NCBI GenBank assembly: GCA_014238535.1
Contig: JABAAW010000006.1
Span: forward strand, 1-55,489
Source of the DNA: Alphaproteobacteria bacterium
GTDB lineage: Bacteria > Pseudomonadota > Alphaproteobacteria > JABAAW01
Reading direction: 5' to 3'
Length of the DNA: 55,489 bases
Shown: piece after piece, positions 16,811 to 25,577 of the stretch
How positions within the stretch are numbered: the first letter of the stretch is position 1
Layout: every line of letters starts with the position of its first letter
Position numbers and translations under genes: made by a program
Notes under the pieces: model-generated
The model's input: the letters and a program-made list of their open reading frames with translations, nothing else
Database searches by the model: none
Told to the model about the DNA's origin: nothing

Positions 16811-17628
16811 TGCCTAGTGAGGATTTTGCGTGCGCTGTGCGTATGAGTTCTGAGTTCCGCGAGCTTGGAGCGAGTATGGATTTTAGCGCTACTGAGTTTC
16901 GTTGTTTGGCGGTAATCCTTGCGCGAGGAGGTAGCGAGCGCATCAGGGATAAGAACATAGTTGATTTTTTTGGCAAGCCGTTATTGGGTTATTCGCTTGA
17001 GCTTGCGGATGCGGCGGATATTTTCACGCGTGTGCATGTATCGACTGATTGCGAGCGTATCGCGAGCGTTGCGCGAGCCTTTGGTCATGCGACGGACTTT
17101 GCGCGTCCTAGTGGTCTTAGCGATGCTCGAACTGGTGTCTGGTCGGTCGTGCGTTCGGTATTGGCTGAGTATAGCAGGCGTGGAGAGGAGTTTGACTATG
17201 TGTGCTTGCTATCGGCTTGTGCGCCGTTGTTGCGTCGGGAGGACTTACGCGGTGGAATGGCATATTTCTTATCGTATTTTAGGCGAGGTGAATGTATCCA
17301 GCTCATGGCTTGTTGCGAGTATCTAGCCTCGCCTTTGCGTGCGCTTGGCTTCAGCGAGACTGGAATGCTCGAGCCGTTGGACGCGTCGTCTTTTGCTGAG
17401 TCTCGCTCGCAGGATTTACGCGCTTATGTTATGGATACGGGCGCCTTTGCCTATCGTGCGAGTAGTGACTTGTTGAGCGGTGAGTATGTTGCTACGAATG
17501 GCGAGGTTGCGATGTCGCGCTTGGCGCGTGCTTACATTTTACCGCGTGCGCGGGCTGTAGACATCAACGAGCCCAGCGATTTAGAGTTCGCTAAGCTATT
17601 GTATCGGGCGCAAGAAATACGGGAGTAA
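16810..17628 (+). CDS. pseF: Pseudaminic acid cytidylyltransferase (NeuA family); start may be later
   Basis: LAVILARGGSERIRDKNI..F.GKPL, VSTD, RSQDL...DTGAF and AVDINEPSD. Confidence 0.85.
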   Translation: MPSEDFACAVRMSSEFRELGASMDFSATEFRCLAVILARGGSERIRDKNIVDFFGKPLLGYSLELADAADIFTRVHVSTDCERIASVARAFGHATDFARPSGLSDARTGVWSVVRSVLAEYSRRGEEFDYVCLLSACAPLLRREDLRGGMAYFLSYFRRGECIQLMACCEYLASPLRALGFSETGMLEPLDASSFAESRSQDLRAYVMDTGAFAYRASSDLLSGEYVATNGEVAMSRLARAYILPRARAVDINEPSDLEFAKLLYRAQEIRE

Positions 17629-17648
17629 ACTGCAAAACGCATCCCACC

Positions 17649-18722
17649 TTACAAGCCCCCTTCTTGCCTCTTGCTCGAGCTGATCACCGCAGCGAGTGCC
17701 TTTTCGACAAGGTTGTCGCTAGCCCTACCCTCTTTAACGAAACCACTCGGCTGATGGTCGGTCGCAACATCGAGGATTTTTTGCAGTAGCACTTGCCTAT
17801 CTTGCTCCGTTGTAGCCGCCTTGCTTAAGTTTTCGTATGACTCTAGCGTGATCGCACGCTGGTCGCAGACGATAGCATTATGATTATTGACAGCGTAGAA
17901 ACGCAAGCCACTAAAGAATGTAGCGAGCAGGGTTATCGATAGTAGCGTGTTGACAGAAAATATGGTTTCCAATGCTAGATGAAAATACAGATAATCCCTA
18001 ATAGGTATATGTGGCACCATCGTAGTACTTCCTCGCTGACAATAAGCTAAAAAAGCTAATGAAATCACGATAGCCAACGAGCATGCTAAAAAAGCATAAG
18101 AAGTTTTTTTATAACCTTTTGATTTGTTTCTAAAAGTAACTGCCTGTTCATTTAAATTTCCTACCGTTTTCTTTTTACTCTTTATCCGCTCTTCGATTTC
18201 AGTAAAAAAACTTACTGCATCATCTATTCTGTATATTAACCTTCCAAGAAAATTAATTTTCACCTCCTCAGGCATATTATCTACCGCTACAGATATATTT
18301 ATCTGCAGCTGCTCTAAAAATCCATGTATTTTAATGTTTATTAAAAATAATTCCGCCTGATTGATTTCTTTATAAATAATTGAATCTGTGTTACCTACTG
18401 TTTCTCTAATGAATTCAATAAACTTACGCAAATCATTTTCTGCTTTTACGAATAATTTTTTATTATTTGGATTACTGGTAATAACAGTAATAACATTTGG
18501 CTTAATAACGCATATAAATTTTATTCTATATTCTAATTTTCTTAAATTATTAAAGAATTTAATAGCAGTATCAAATCCATCAAGTGCATTTGTATAATCG
18601 TGCTGTTGTTTTGCTACTGTTTTAGAAGCGTAATCAGCAATTATTTTATCGGCAGCCTGTATGCCACTAGCTGGTTGCACCACCTCTTCAGATTCTTTAG
18701 AAGTTTTTTCGTCTTCAGCCAT
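17649..18722 (-). CDS. Hypothetical 2-TM membrane protein, tandem paralogue 1
   Basis: 357 aa; shares MAEDEKTSK, YRIKFIC, TVGNL, two TM segments and RFYA..HNA.VCDQRA.TL.SY...LQKILD.ATDHQPSGF.KE with its two neighbours. Confidence 0.85.
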   Translation of the reverse strand: MAEDEKTSKESEEVVQPASGIQAADKIIADYASKTVAKQQHDYTNALDGFDTAIKFFNNLRKLEYRIKFICVIKPNVITVITSNPNNKKLFVKAENDLRKFIEFIRETVGNTDSIIYKEINQAELFLINIKIHGFLEQLQINISVAVDNMPEEVKINFLGRLIYRIDDAVSFFTEIEERIKSKKKTVGNLNEQAVTFRNKSKGYKKTSYAFLACSLAIVISLAFLAYCQRGSTTMVPHIPIRDYLYFHLALETIFSVNTLLSITLLATFFSGLRFYAVNNHNAIVCDQRAITLESYENLSKAATTEQDRQVLLQKILDVATDHQPSGFVKEGRASDNLVEKALAAVISSSKRQEGGL

Positions 18723-18758
18723 CGTTCCCTCTCCTCCTAGCCGTTTACGCTCACGGGC

Positions 18759-18787
18759 TTACTAGCATGTAATACAAACTCATACAA
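18759..18787 (-). promoter_or_regulatory. Putative sigma70 promoter of paralogue 1
   Basis: TTGTAT-N17-TAGTAA with TGC just before the -10; same architecture upstream of all three paralogues; GGAGGAG RBS downstream. Confidence 0.45.
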
Positions 18788-18874
18788 ATTCATGCAACCA
18801 AATACCATTATGGTTCACCTAGACTATGTAAGTTATAGACTAGGATTCATCAACCCAAAAACAAGGAATAGCGA

Positions 18875-19939
18875 CTAACGAGGTTTACCTCTAAGCAATA
18901 TGACTAGCTCTGCCAATGACTTACCTATAAGGCTATCGCCATCCTTATCTTCTTTAGAGAAACCGCTCGGCTGATGGTCGGTCGCCGCATCGAGGATTTT
19001 TTGCAATACCAACAGCCTTTCTTCGCCCGCCGTAGCCGAGTTGCGTAAGGCTTTATAAGATTTTAGCGTATTGGCGCGTTGGTCGCAGACGACGGCGTTA
19101 TGCTTGTTCGCCGCATAGAAGCGGATAGAGGCAAATAGTATGACCAGCAGACTTACGGACAGCAACACCCTAAGAGAAAATATAGTCTTCAGCGCGATGT
19201 AGAAGTAGATATATTCCTTCGCCTCCTTCGCTTCGCTAAGCGGAACTTCAGAGAAGTAATTTGTTAATACAAAGATTGCGCAAACAAATAGGAGAAAAAT
19301 TCCACCCGCTCCTACTAAAAACCAGACTGCATTCTTTTTATATTTTTTTGAAGCAGCTGTAAAATTTTTTGCCTGCGCATCTAAATTACCTACCGTTTCT
19401 ACTTCTTTTAGCCTTTCTTTAATTGCTCCAATTATCTGCGCTATAGATGTATTCGTTAGATTAATATGCTCCTCTAATTTTTCAGCATCAGTTTCTTTAG
19501 CTTCATTTTTTTTAAATTTTATATTTTTTTGCAATAGTTGCAAGAAAGTATCTATTAGACTTTGTGTCCTTGCTAATTCATCTTTATTTGCTTTACTATA
19601 AAAAATTGCCTTTTCATGTAATTCTACTTCGAAAAATGCAATTAATCTTATCAAAAAATTCTTTGTGGTTGCATATATTTCTACTCTCCCACTAGCCGCA
19701 GTTAGGATATTATGATTGAAGGCGCATATAAATTTTATTTGGTAGTTTATTTTTTTACGGTCGTCAAAATTTTTAATCTTATCATTGACATTATCGAGCG
19801 TTGCAGCAAATTTATTTTGTTGCTGAATTGCCCTATTGTTATAACCAAAGTCATCAATTATTTCATCGACAGCCAGCATGCCACGAGTTGTTTTTGCCTC
19901 TGGCTCAGCGTCTTTAGAAGTTTCTTTCTCTTCAGCCAT
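18875..19939 (-). CDS. Hypothetical 2-TM membrane protein, tandem paralogue 2
   Basis: 354 aa; same conserved N- and C-terminal motifs, divergent AT-rich middle. Confidence 0.85.
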   Translation of the reverse strand: MAEEKETSKDAEPEAKTTRGMLAVDEIIDDFGYNNRAIQQQNKFAATLDNVNDKIKNFDDRKKINYQIKFICAFNHNILTAASGRVEIYATTKNFLIRLIAFFEVELHEKAIFYSKANKDELARTQSLIDTFLQLLQKNIKFKKNEAKETDAEKLEEHINLTNTSIAQIIGAIKERLKEVETVGNLDAQAKNFTAASKKYKKNAVWFLVGAGGIFLLFVCAIFVLTNYFSEVPLSEAKEAKEYIYFYIALKTIFSLRVLLSVSLLVILFASIRFYAANKHNAVVCDQRANTLKSYKALRNSATAGEERLLVLQKILDAATDHQPSGFSKEDKDGDSLIGKSLAELVILLRGKPR

Positions 19940-19977
19940 CGTCTGCTCTCCTCGTAGTCACGCCCTGCATCTAGGAT

Positions 19978-20006
19978 TTGATAGCAGATAACGCAGTCTT
20001 ATACAA
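19978..20006 (-). promoter_or_regulatory. Putative sigma70 promoter of paralogue 2
   Basis: TTGTAT-N17-TATCAA; the upstream region 19937-20023 is nearly identical to 21093-21183. Confidence 0.45.
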
Positions 20007-20042
20007 GTTTATGCAACCAAATACCATTAATGCACCAAGCCG

Positions 20043-21095
20043 CTACTTATTGCTAACGCTAATCAAAGTGGCTAATGCCTTTTCTATAGGGCTATCGCCC
20101 ACCTTATCCTCTTTGGTGAAACCACTAGGCTGATGGTCGGTCGCCGCGTCGAGGATTTTTTGTAACACTAGATGCTTTTCGGTATCGGTCGTAGCCGCAT
20201 TACGCAAGGATTGGTATGACCTAAGCGTATTGGCACGCTGGTCGCAGACGACGGCGTTATGGTAGCTCGAGGCGTAAAAACGAATAGAGGCAAATAGCAT
20301 GACGAGTAAGGTCACTGATAGTAGCGTCCTTGCAGAAAATATAGTTTTTAGCGCGATGTAGAAGTAGATATACTCCTTTGCCTTTTCCACTTCAGTAATT
20401 GTAGCATCAAAGTAGAAGTATGGAAGACAAGCGATTACAGCGACGATAATGACCGTACCTGCCAAGAAGCATCGCGCATTATATTTATATTTTTTTGAAT
20501 TTTTTTCAGAAAAATCTGCCTGCTCATTTAAATCCCCGACCGTTTCTTGCTCTTTTTCTCTTCTGATTTCTTTTTCTCTTATTCTTTTTCTAACGTCACG
20601 AAATATAATTTCTATAACATCTTTTGTTCTATCGGTATTTGATTGTAATTCTTCAGCATTTCCTCTCCCATATTCTATATTATCTTCTAATAGTTGTAAT
20701 AAAAAATTTATTTTTTCGCGTATTTTTGATAATTCATCATAATCTATTTCTTTATAAAAATTCGGTCTTTCATGGATTACATCACGAAAAAAATCAATTA
20801 ACCTACTAAACTTATATTGGGCGTCTGCATATCGTCCTTTAGTAATACTGACTGCGGCAAGGACATCGGGTTTGATAGCGCATATAAATTTTATTCTATA
20901 TTGTATTTTTTCATTTTCTTTTAGATGTTTAATTAACCCATCGATATGAGCTAGCGTTTCAGCAAATTTATTTTTCTGCTTAATTGCCCTATTGATAGAT
21001 TCGAAGTCAGCGATTATTTTATCGACCGCCTGCATGCCGACAGCTGTTTTTGCCTCTGCTTCAGTCTCTTTAGAAGTTTTTTCGTCTTCAGCCAT
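20043..21095 (-). CDS. Hypothetical 2-TM membrane protein, tandem paralogue 3
   Basis: 350 aa; same conserved motifs as paralogues 1 and 2. Confidence 0.85.
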   Translation of the reverse strand: MAEDEKTSKETEAEAKTAVGMQAVDKIIADFESINRAIKQKNKFAETLAHIDGLIKHLKENEKIQYRIKFICAIKPDVLAAVSITKGRYADAQYKFSRLIDFFRDVIHERPNFYKEIDYDELSKIREKINFLLQLLEDNIEYGRGNAEELQSNTDRTKDVIEIIFRDVRKRIREKEIRREKEQETVGDLNEQADFSEKNSKKYKYNARCFLAGTVIIVAVIACLPYFYFDATITEVEKAKEYIYFYIALKTIFSARTLLSVTLLVMLFASIRFYASSYHNAVVCDQRANTLRSYQSLRNAATTDTEKHLVLQKILDAATDHQPSGFTKEDKVGDSPIEKALATLISVSNK

Positions 21096-21137
21096 CGTCT
21101 GCTCTCCTCATAGCCATTCACGCCCTGCGTCTAGGAT

Positions 21138-21166
21138 TTGATAGCAGATAACGCAGTCTTATACAA
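21138..21166 (-). promoter_or_regulatory. Putative sigma70 promoter of paralogue 3
   Basis: TTGTAT-N17-TATCAA, identical to 19978-20006. Confidence 0.45.
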
Positions 21167-21301
21167 GTTTATGCAACCAAATAGCATCAACCATAGTCTG
21201 CACTTGACCGCTTTAGTAAAGCGTTTTACAATCGCTTGCCAAATCTAGTAAACACGCTAACGAGTAGCCAAGAACGAGTAAAACAAGGCGACTATAGGTT
21301 A

Positions 21302-22165
21302 ATGAGCAACACGAAGAATAGCTGGCAGCAGCTTGGGGCGGTCTCGCCGGTTGAGCTACAAGATACCCGCCTATACCTGCAGTATGCGCTACAATGGGTG
21401 CATCGCGCGGCGCTATGCACGCCGCCAGCCGAGCAGCAGGCGAGCACGGAAGAGATGGAGGAGACGCACGCACCGCTCTATTGGGATGCCGAGGCGATCG
21501 GTTTTTTCAGCAAACCCTATAAGGATGGTAAGCGCGTAGGGCTGACGCTAGACGAAGGCGTAGCGATGCTCACCTTTGGCGCGGCGAAGGCGGCGAGTGG
21601 CGGCGAACAACAACAGCAGCTATTCGAGCTTGATGGGCATACAGACGCTGAGGCGCGCCTATGGGTACGCGAGCAGATCGAAGATAGTGCATACGATACG
21701 ACAGAGTACAACGACCCCTCCGAACTACCCGCGCACCCCTTGGCTGAGGGCGCACGCTACAAGCTGAGCGAGTTAGGAGGTAGCATAACCGAGATAGCAC
21801 GCTGGCTATCGAACGCGCACCTATTGCTCGAAGACCTACGCCAAGCGCACGAACGGCTACTATGCACGCTCGAATACTTCGACCTCAGGCTCTACCACGC
21901 GCGTACAAAATCCGACAGCAGACGCCTACTACTAGGCATGTCGCTAGGCGATAGCTTGCACCCGCAACCTTACTTTTATGTGCTCGCGCAACCAGAATGG
22001 CAAGAAGTGCCGACTTTTGCAAACAACCTCTGTGGCTTGCACAAGAAGCAACCTACGACCATAATCCTTTTGAGCGAGAAGATAGTAAACCTAGTGCACC
22101 AGCACAGCCTCACACACGACTTTTTACAGCAAGCGATAAAACTACCGCTTGGGGGGACGAGGTAG
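21302..22165 (+). CDS. Conserved hypothetical protein (possibly DUF5996-like)
   Basis: Long ORF; RLYLQYALQ, ELPAHP, IARW.SNA and LGMSLGD....PYFYV recall an uncharacterised family. ATG 21302 preferred. Confidence 0.55.
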   Translation: MSNTKNSWQQLGAVSPVELQDTRLYLQYALQWVHRAALCTPPAEQQASTEEMEETHAPLYWDAEAIGFFSKPYKDGKRVGLTLDEGVAMLTFGAAKAASGGEQQQQLFELDGHTDAEARLWVREQIEDSAYDTTEYNDPSELPAHPLAEGARYKLSELGGSITEIARWLSNAHLLLEDLRQAHERLLCTLEYFDLRLYHARTKSDSRRLLLGMSLGDSLHPQPYFYVLAQPEWQEVPTFANNLCGLHKKQPTTIILLSEKIVNLVHQHSLTHDFLQQAIKLPLGGTR

Positions 22166-22177
22166 GAGATTAGTTAA

Positions 22178-23290
22178 TTACGCAGCCCTGCTATCGCTCG
22201 CGCCGAAATTTGCATTATTGCCATCTGGATTTGGCTTTTTACCTTTAAGACGCCAGACATAGCTGATTATTTCTGCGACCGCTTGGTAGTGTTCGGGTAG
22301 CACTTCCTCGCCGATATCGCAAGCAGCGTATATTGTACGCGCGAGCGCTGGGTTTGCGACCAACGGGATATTTGCATTGCGCGCAAGGCGTATTATTTCT
22401 TCGGCTAGGTAATCGACCCCCTTTGCGATTACCTTTGGTGCTTCCATTTGCCCGTCGTCATATTTTATGGCGACGGCATAGTGGGTTGGGTTTGTAATGA
22501 CGACATCGGCTTCTGGGATTGCCTGCACGATGCGCATCCTTGCGCGTTCGCTACGAATTTTTCTTATGCGTGCTTTTATTTGCGGATCGCCTTCGATTTG
22601 CTTGAACTCGTCTAGCACCTCCTGCCTTGTCATGCGCAACCTTTTTCTATGGCGCGCGCGCTGGAAGAATAGGTCTAGCACAGCGATGATGGCAAGCACG
22701 GCTAGTATCGACGCCATCATACCGACGAGTAGACTTTGCGTTTGCGTTAGCACTAGGTTTATGCTTGTCAGCATAAAATCCTCGATGTTTGGCAGTTGCG
22801 CTATCAGGAAGATAGCGCCGACGCCGCCGACGAGTATCAGTTTGATGATACCCTTGGTAAACTCGACGATACTCTCAAGCGAGAACAACCTCTTGAAGCC
22901 GGCTAGTGGCGAGATTTTATTGAGTTTTGGCTGAATTTTTTTAGGTGTGAATACGGGACCTATCTGTACGAACGATGCGACGATTGCGATTACGAAGATA
23001 GCGATAGCGGGTACTAGCAAGGTAACGCCTAACCCGCGCAGCACTTGCGCGAACAGGATTCCTAGTTCTTTTTCTGCAAAGACTATGTGTCCTGCTTTTT
23101 CAAGCAGCCCTTGCAACAGAGCTGTCATGCCGCGTGCTATAGAGCTACCGCCGGCGGCGATGATAATTGTTATCGTAAGTAGCAATAGGAAATGGTTGAC
23201 CTCGCGCGATAGTGGTACTTGTCCTTCGCCTTCTGCGTCCCTTAATCGTTTCGGAGTCGGTTCTTCGGTTTTTTGTGCGTCGTCAGCCAT
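22178..23290 (-). CDS. flhB: Flagellar export protein FlhB
   Basis: KTEEPTPKRL, EGDPQIKARIR and the autocleavage motif ITNPTHYAVA. Confidence 0.96.
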   Translation of the reverse strand: MADDAQKTEEPTPKRLRDAEGEGQVPLSREVNHFLLLLTITIIIAAGGSSIARGMTALLQGLLEKAGHIVFAEKELGILFAQVLRGLGVTLLVPAIAIFVIAIVASFVQIGPVFTPKKIQPKLNKISPLAGFKRLFSLESIVEFTKGIIKLILVGGVGAIFLIAQLPNIEDFMLTSINLVLTQTQSLLVGMMASILAVLAIIAVLDLFFQRARHRKRLRMTRQEVLDEFKQIEGDPQIKARIRKIRSERARMRIVQAIPEADVVITNPTHYAVAIKYDDGQMEAPKVIAKGVDYLAEEIIRLARNANIPLVANPALARTIYAACDIGEEVLPEHYQAVAEIISYVWRLKGKKPNPDGNNANFGASDSRAA

Positions 23291-23293
23291 ACA

Positions 23294-24061
23294 TCAAGTA
23301 TTACTCAAGAAGGTTGTCATAAGTTCTTGAAAATGTTGTAGAAAGATTTTCACCATCAGACTAATACTTATTGCCAACAACAGGAACCCCAAGATTAATT
23401 GTAACGGTAGCGCAATGAAAAAAACCTGCATTTGCGGCATCAACCTAGCCAACACACCCATCAATGCGTAGAATAGCACGGATATGATAAAAAATGGCGC
23501 GGCAATTTGAAATCCGAGTGCGAAGCTTTTGGTAAAAATATCTAACACGACTTGAGAAAAATCACCGGCAGGAAATGGTAAATCGCCTGGCACGAATATA
23601 GTATAGCTGTCTGCTAGTGCCAAAAATATAATATGATGTAGATCGGTTACAAAAAGTGCAGTTACGGATAATAGGTTTAGGAAGATTGCGGGTAAAACGC
23701 TTTGTTGCGCTTGTAACGGATTGAATAGTGCTGCGTTCGACATACCTACCAATAGCGCGAAAAAAGAACCTGTATATATAAAAGCTGAAGATGCAAAGCG
23801 TGCGACGGTTCCGATGAGAACGCCTATCAAGGCTTCATTAATAACCATTAAGAACAGGCGATCAAAGTTTTCTGGTTGCGGAGGTAGTTTATCTCCGATG
23901 ACAGGCAGTAAAATTAATACGATAAAGAAGGCGAGCAAGAACCGAATTCTAGGTAGCACGAAGCTCTGCCCGATATTTGGGAAAAGGGAAACCATCACCG
24001 AGATTCGCACGAAGAGCAGTGCAAAACGCCATGTTTCTTGCGGAAGTATTTCGCCGAGCAT
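23294..24061 (-). CDS. fliR: Flagellar biosynthetic protein FliR
   Basis: Hydrophobic; TDLHH, LADSY and GVLARLMPQMQVFFIALP; between fliQ and flhB. Confidence 0.93.
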   Translation of the reverse strand: MLGEILPQETWRFALLFVRISVMVSLFPNIGQSFVLPRIRFLLAFFIVLILLPVIGDKLPPQPENFDRLFLMVINEALIGVLIGTVARFASSAFIYTGSFFALLVGMSNAALFNPLQAQQSVLPAIFLNLLSVTALFVTDLHHIIFLALADSYTIFVPGDLPFPAGDFSQVVLDIFTKSFALGFQIAAPFFIISVLFYALMGVLARLMPQMQVFFIALPLQLILGFLLLAISISLMVKIFLQHFQELMTTFLSNT

Positions 24062-24082
24062 TCCGCTTTAAAGGCTACTATG

Positions 24083-24349
24083 CTAGCCGGTTGCGATGAT
24101 GCGGTCAGCGATCAGCTGCATGAAATCGAATATGCGGCGCATCATAAATGGCATCAGTAGCAGTAGCGATAGGAAGACGGCTATGATTTTCGGAACAAAA
24201 GTCAGAGTAACCTCTTGGATTTGTGTTAAGGCTTGGAACAAAGCGATCAACAATCCGACTATTAAACTTACCAATAAAATAGGTAAGCTGATCTCTAAAA
24301 GTAAAAAGATGCTTTCGCGTGCGAAAAGTAAAAGGTCTTCCTCTGTCAT
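24083..24349 (-). CDS. fliQ: Flagellar biosynthetic protein FliQ
   Basis: VGLLIALFQALTQIQEVTLTFVPK. Confidence 0.96.
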   Translation of the reverse strand: MTEEDLLLFARESIFLLLEISLPILLVSLIVGLLIALFQALTQIQEVTLTFVPKIIAVFLSLLLLMPFMMRRIFDFMQLIADRIIATG

Positions 24350-24369
24350 ATATTAGTAGTTGCGAAAAA

Positions 24370-25527
24370 TTATTTAGAATTTTTATTTATTTTTAGCAAC
24401 TGTTGTGCTTGCTTGTGTCCATCTTTATTTGGCTTTTCTGGAATAAATAGAATTTGCCCTGGTCTTATTAGATCAGGATTTTCTATTTGCGCCTTATTAG
24501 CTTCGTACAAGATTGTATGCAAATTACCAGTTCCGAAAACATTTCTAGCTATATGCCATAGGCTCACACCTGGTGTTACGACAAAATATTCGTCTTCGCC
24601 TTCGCGCACCAAAGGATTCCAAGAAACTGGTAGTGCTCTACGCTGTACGACCTTATTATTTTCGATCAGGTCTATGCGTAACACCTGCCCTGATAGGTTT
24701 GCGTCAGACTTTGGTAAAATTGCTGATATTTGCCAATCAGTGGGCACGGCGCCCTGCCCTTGATATCTACGACGAGCGATGAGTTTATTGTTTCGGTATA
24801 CTAGCATTTCGACTTTTTCGCCGCGCAAGCGTCCTGATAGCAACAGGAATCCGTTTTCGCCATAATCGAGTGTATCGATTATGAAGTCTGTCCCGGTTGC
24901 GGTTTTGTCGCCTAGGAATCGTTGCGATAGTATGCGCGAAGCTCCTCCACTGCCGTTAGGCAAAACGACGATAAGCGGCTGTGCTTCTTCTTGTTCGAAG
25001 GAGTGCTTTGGTATCACGGCGAGCAGAGTTTCGATTCCATAGACGATTTCGCGCTCGGCGATCTGTGTCTCGAGGCTCATAATGTACTGCCCTGGATCGA
25101 ATGACTGTTGCGATAGGAATAGCCATTCACCGTGGTCATCTACTAGAACGGCGCCGAACAATTCACCATCGAGAAACAAAGCAAGCCTTGAGAGTGGAGG
25201 CGCATAACCGCCAACCATAATCTGCCCTTCTTCGTTGACACGCGCTAGATTGAATCCTAACTCATTGCTACGCGCAGGTCTTTGTTCGAGACCATTGCGT
25301 TCGACTGAATCGTTGATATTTTTTTGCCAAAGCAGGATTTTTGCAGAGTTGCCTCCTTCTTCTTGCGCTTTGTCTAGCGCAAGCATTTGCATCAACAAGA
25401 CAGCACAAAAGATAAGAAGCAAGCCAGAACCAATACCGACAAGATACGAACGTTGGGCACTAGAAAAAGCACGCAACCGTTTCAAATAGCGTGGGTAGCG
25501 AATATTTGTGAAAAAAAAATTGCGCAC
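24370..25527 (-). CDS. Membrane-anchored LysM peptidoglycan-binding protein with Ig-like domains
   Basis: N-terminal TM segment; C-terminal VVTPGVSLWHIAR..FG.G....ILYEANKAQIENPDLIRPGQ. Confidence 0.85.
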   Translation of the reverse strand: MRNFFFTNIRYPRYLKRLRAFSSAQRSYLVGIGSGLLLIFCAVLLMQMLALDKAQEEGGNSAKILLWQKNINDSVERNGLEQRPARSNELGFNLARVNEEGQIMVGGYAPPLSRLALFLDGELFGAVLVDDHGEWLFLSQQSFDPGQYIMSLETQIAEREIVYGIETLLAVIPKHSFEQEEAQPLIVVLPNGSGGASRILSQRFLGDKTATGTDFIIDTLDYGENGFLLLSGRLRGEKVEMLVYRNNKLIARRRYQGQGAVPTDWQISAILPKSDANLSGQVLRIDLIENNKVVQRRALPVSWNPLVREGEDEYFVVTPGVSLWHIARNVFGTGNLHTILYEANKAQIENPDLIRPGQILFIPEKPNKDGHKQAQQLLKINKNSK

Positions 25528-25577
25528 GACCAGCAGTGTAGCACGAAAACTGGATTATTTGAAATTATCTAATCTGT

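Noticed and set aside
17649-21095. Diversity-generating retroelement or shufflon behind the paralogue trio
   Set aside because: No reverse transcriptase, template repeat or invertase; variation includes indels and is not adenine-specific.
22178-24349. Non-flagellar type III secretion system
   Set aside because: Order and sequences fit flagellar FliQ/FliR/FlhB, and no injectisome-specific genes are present.
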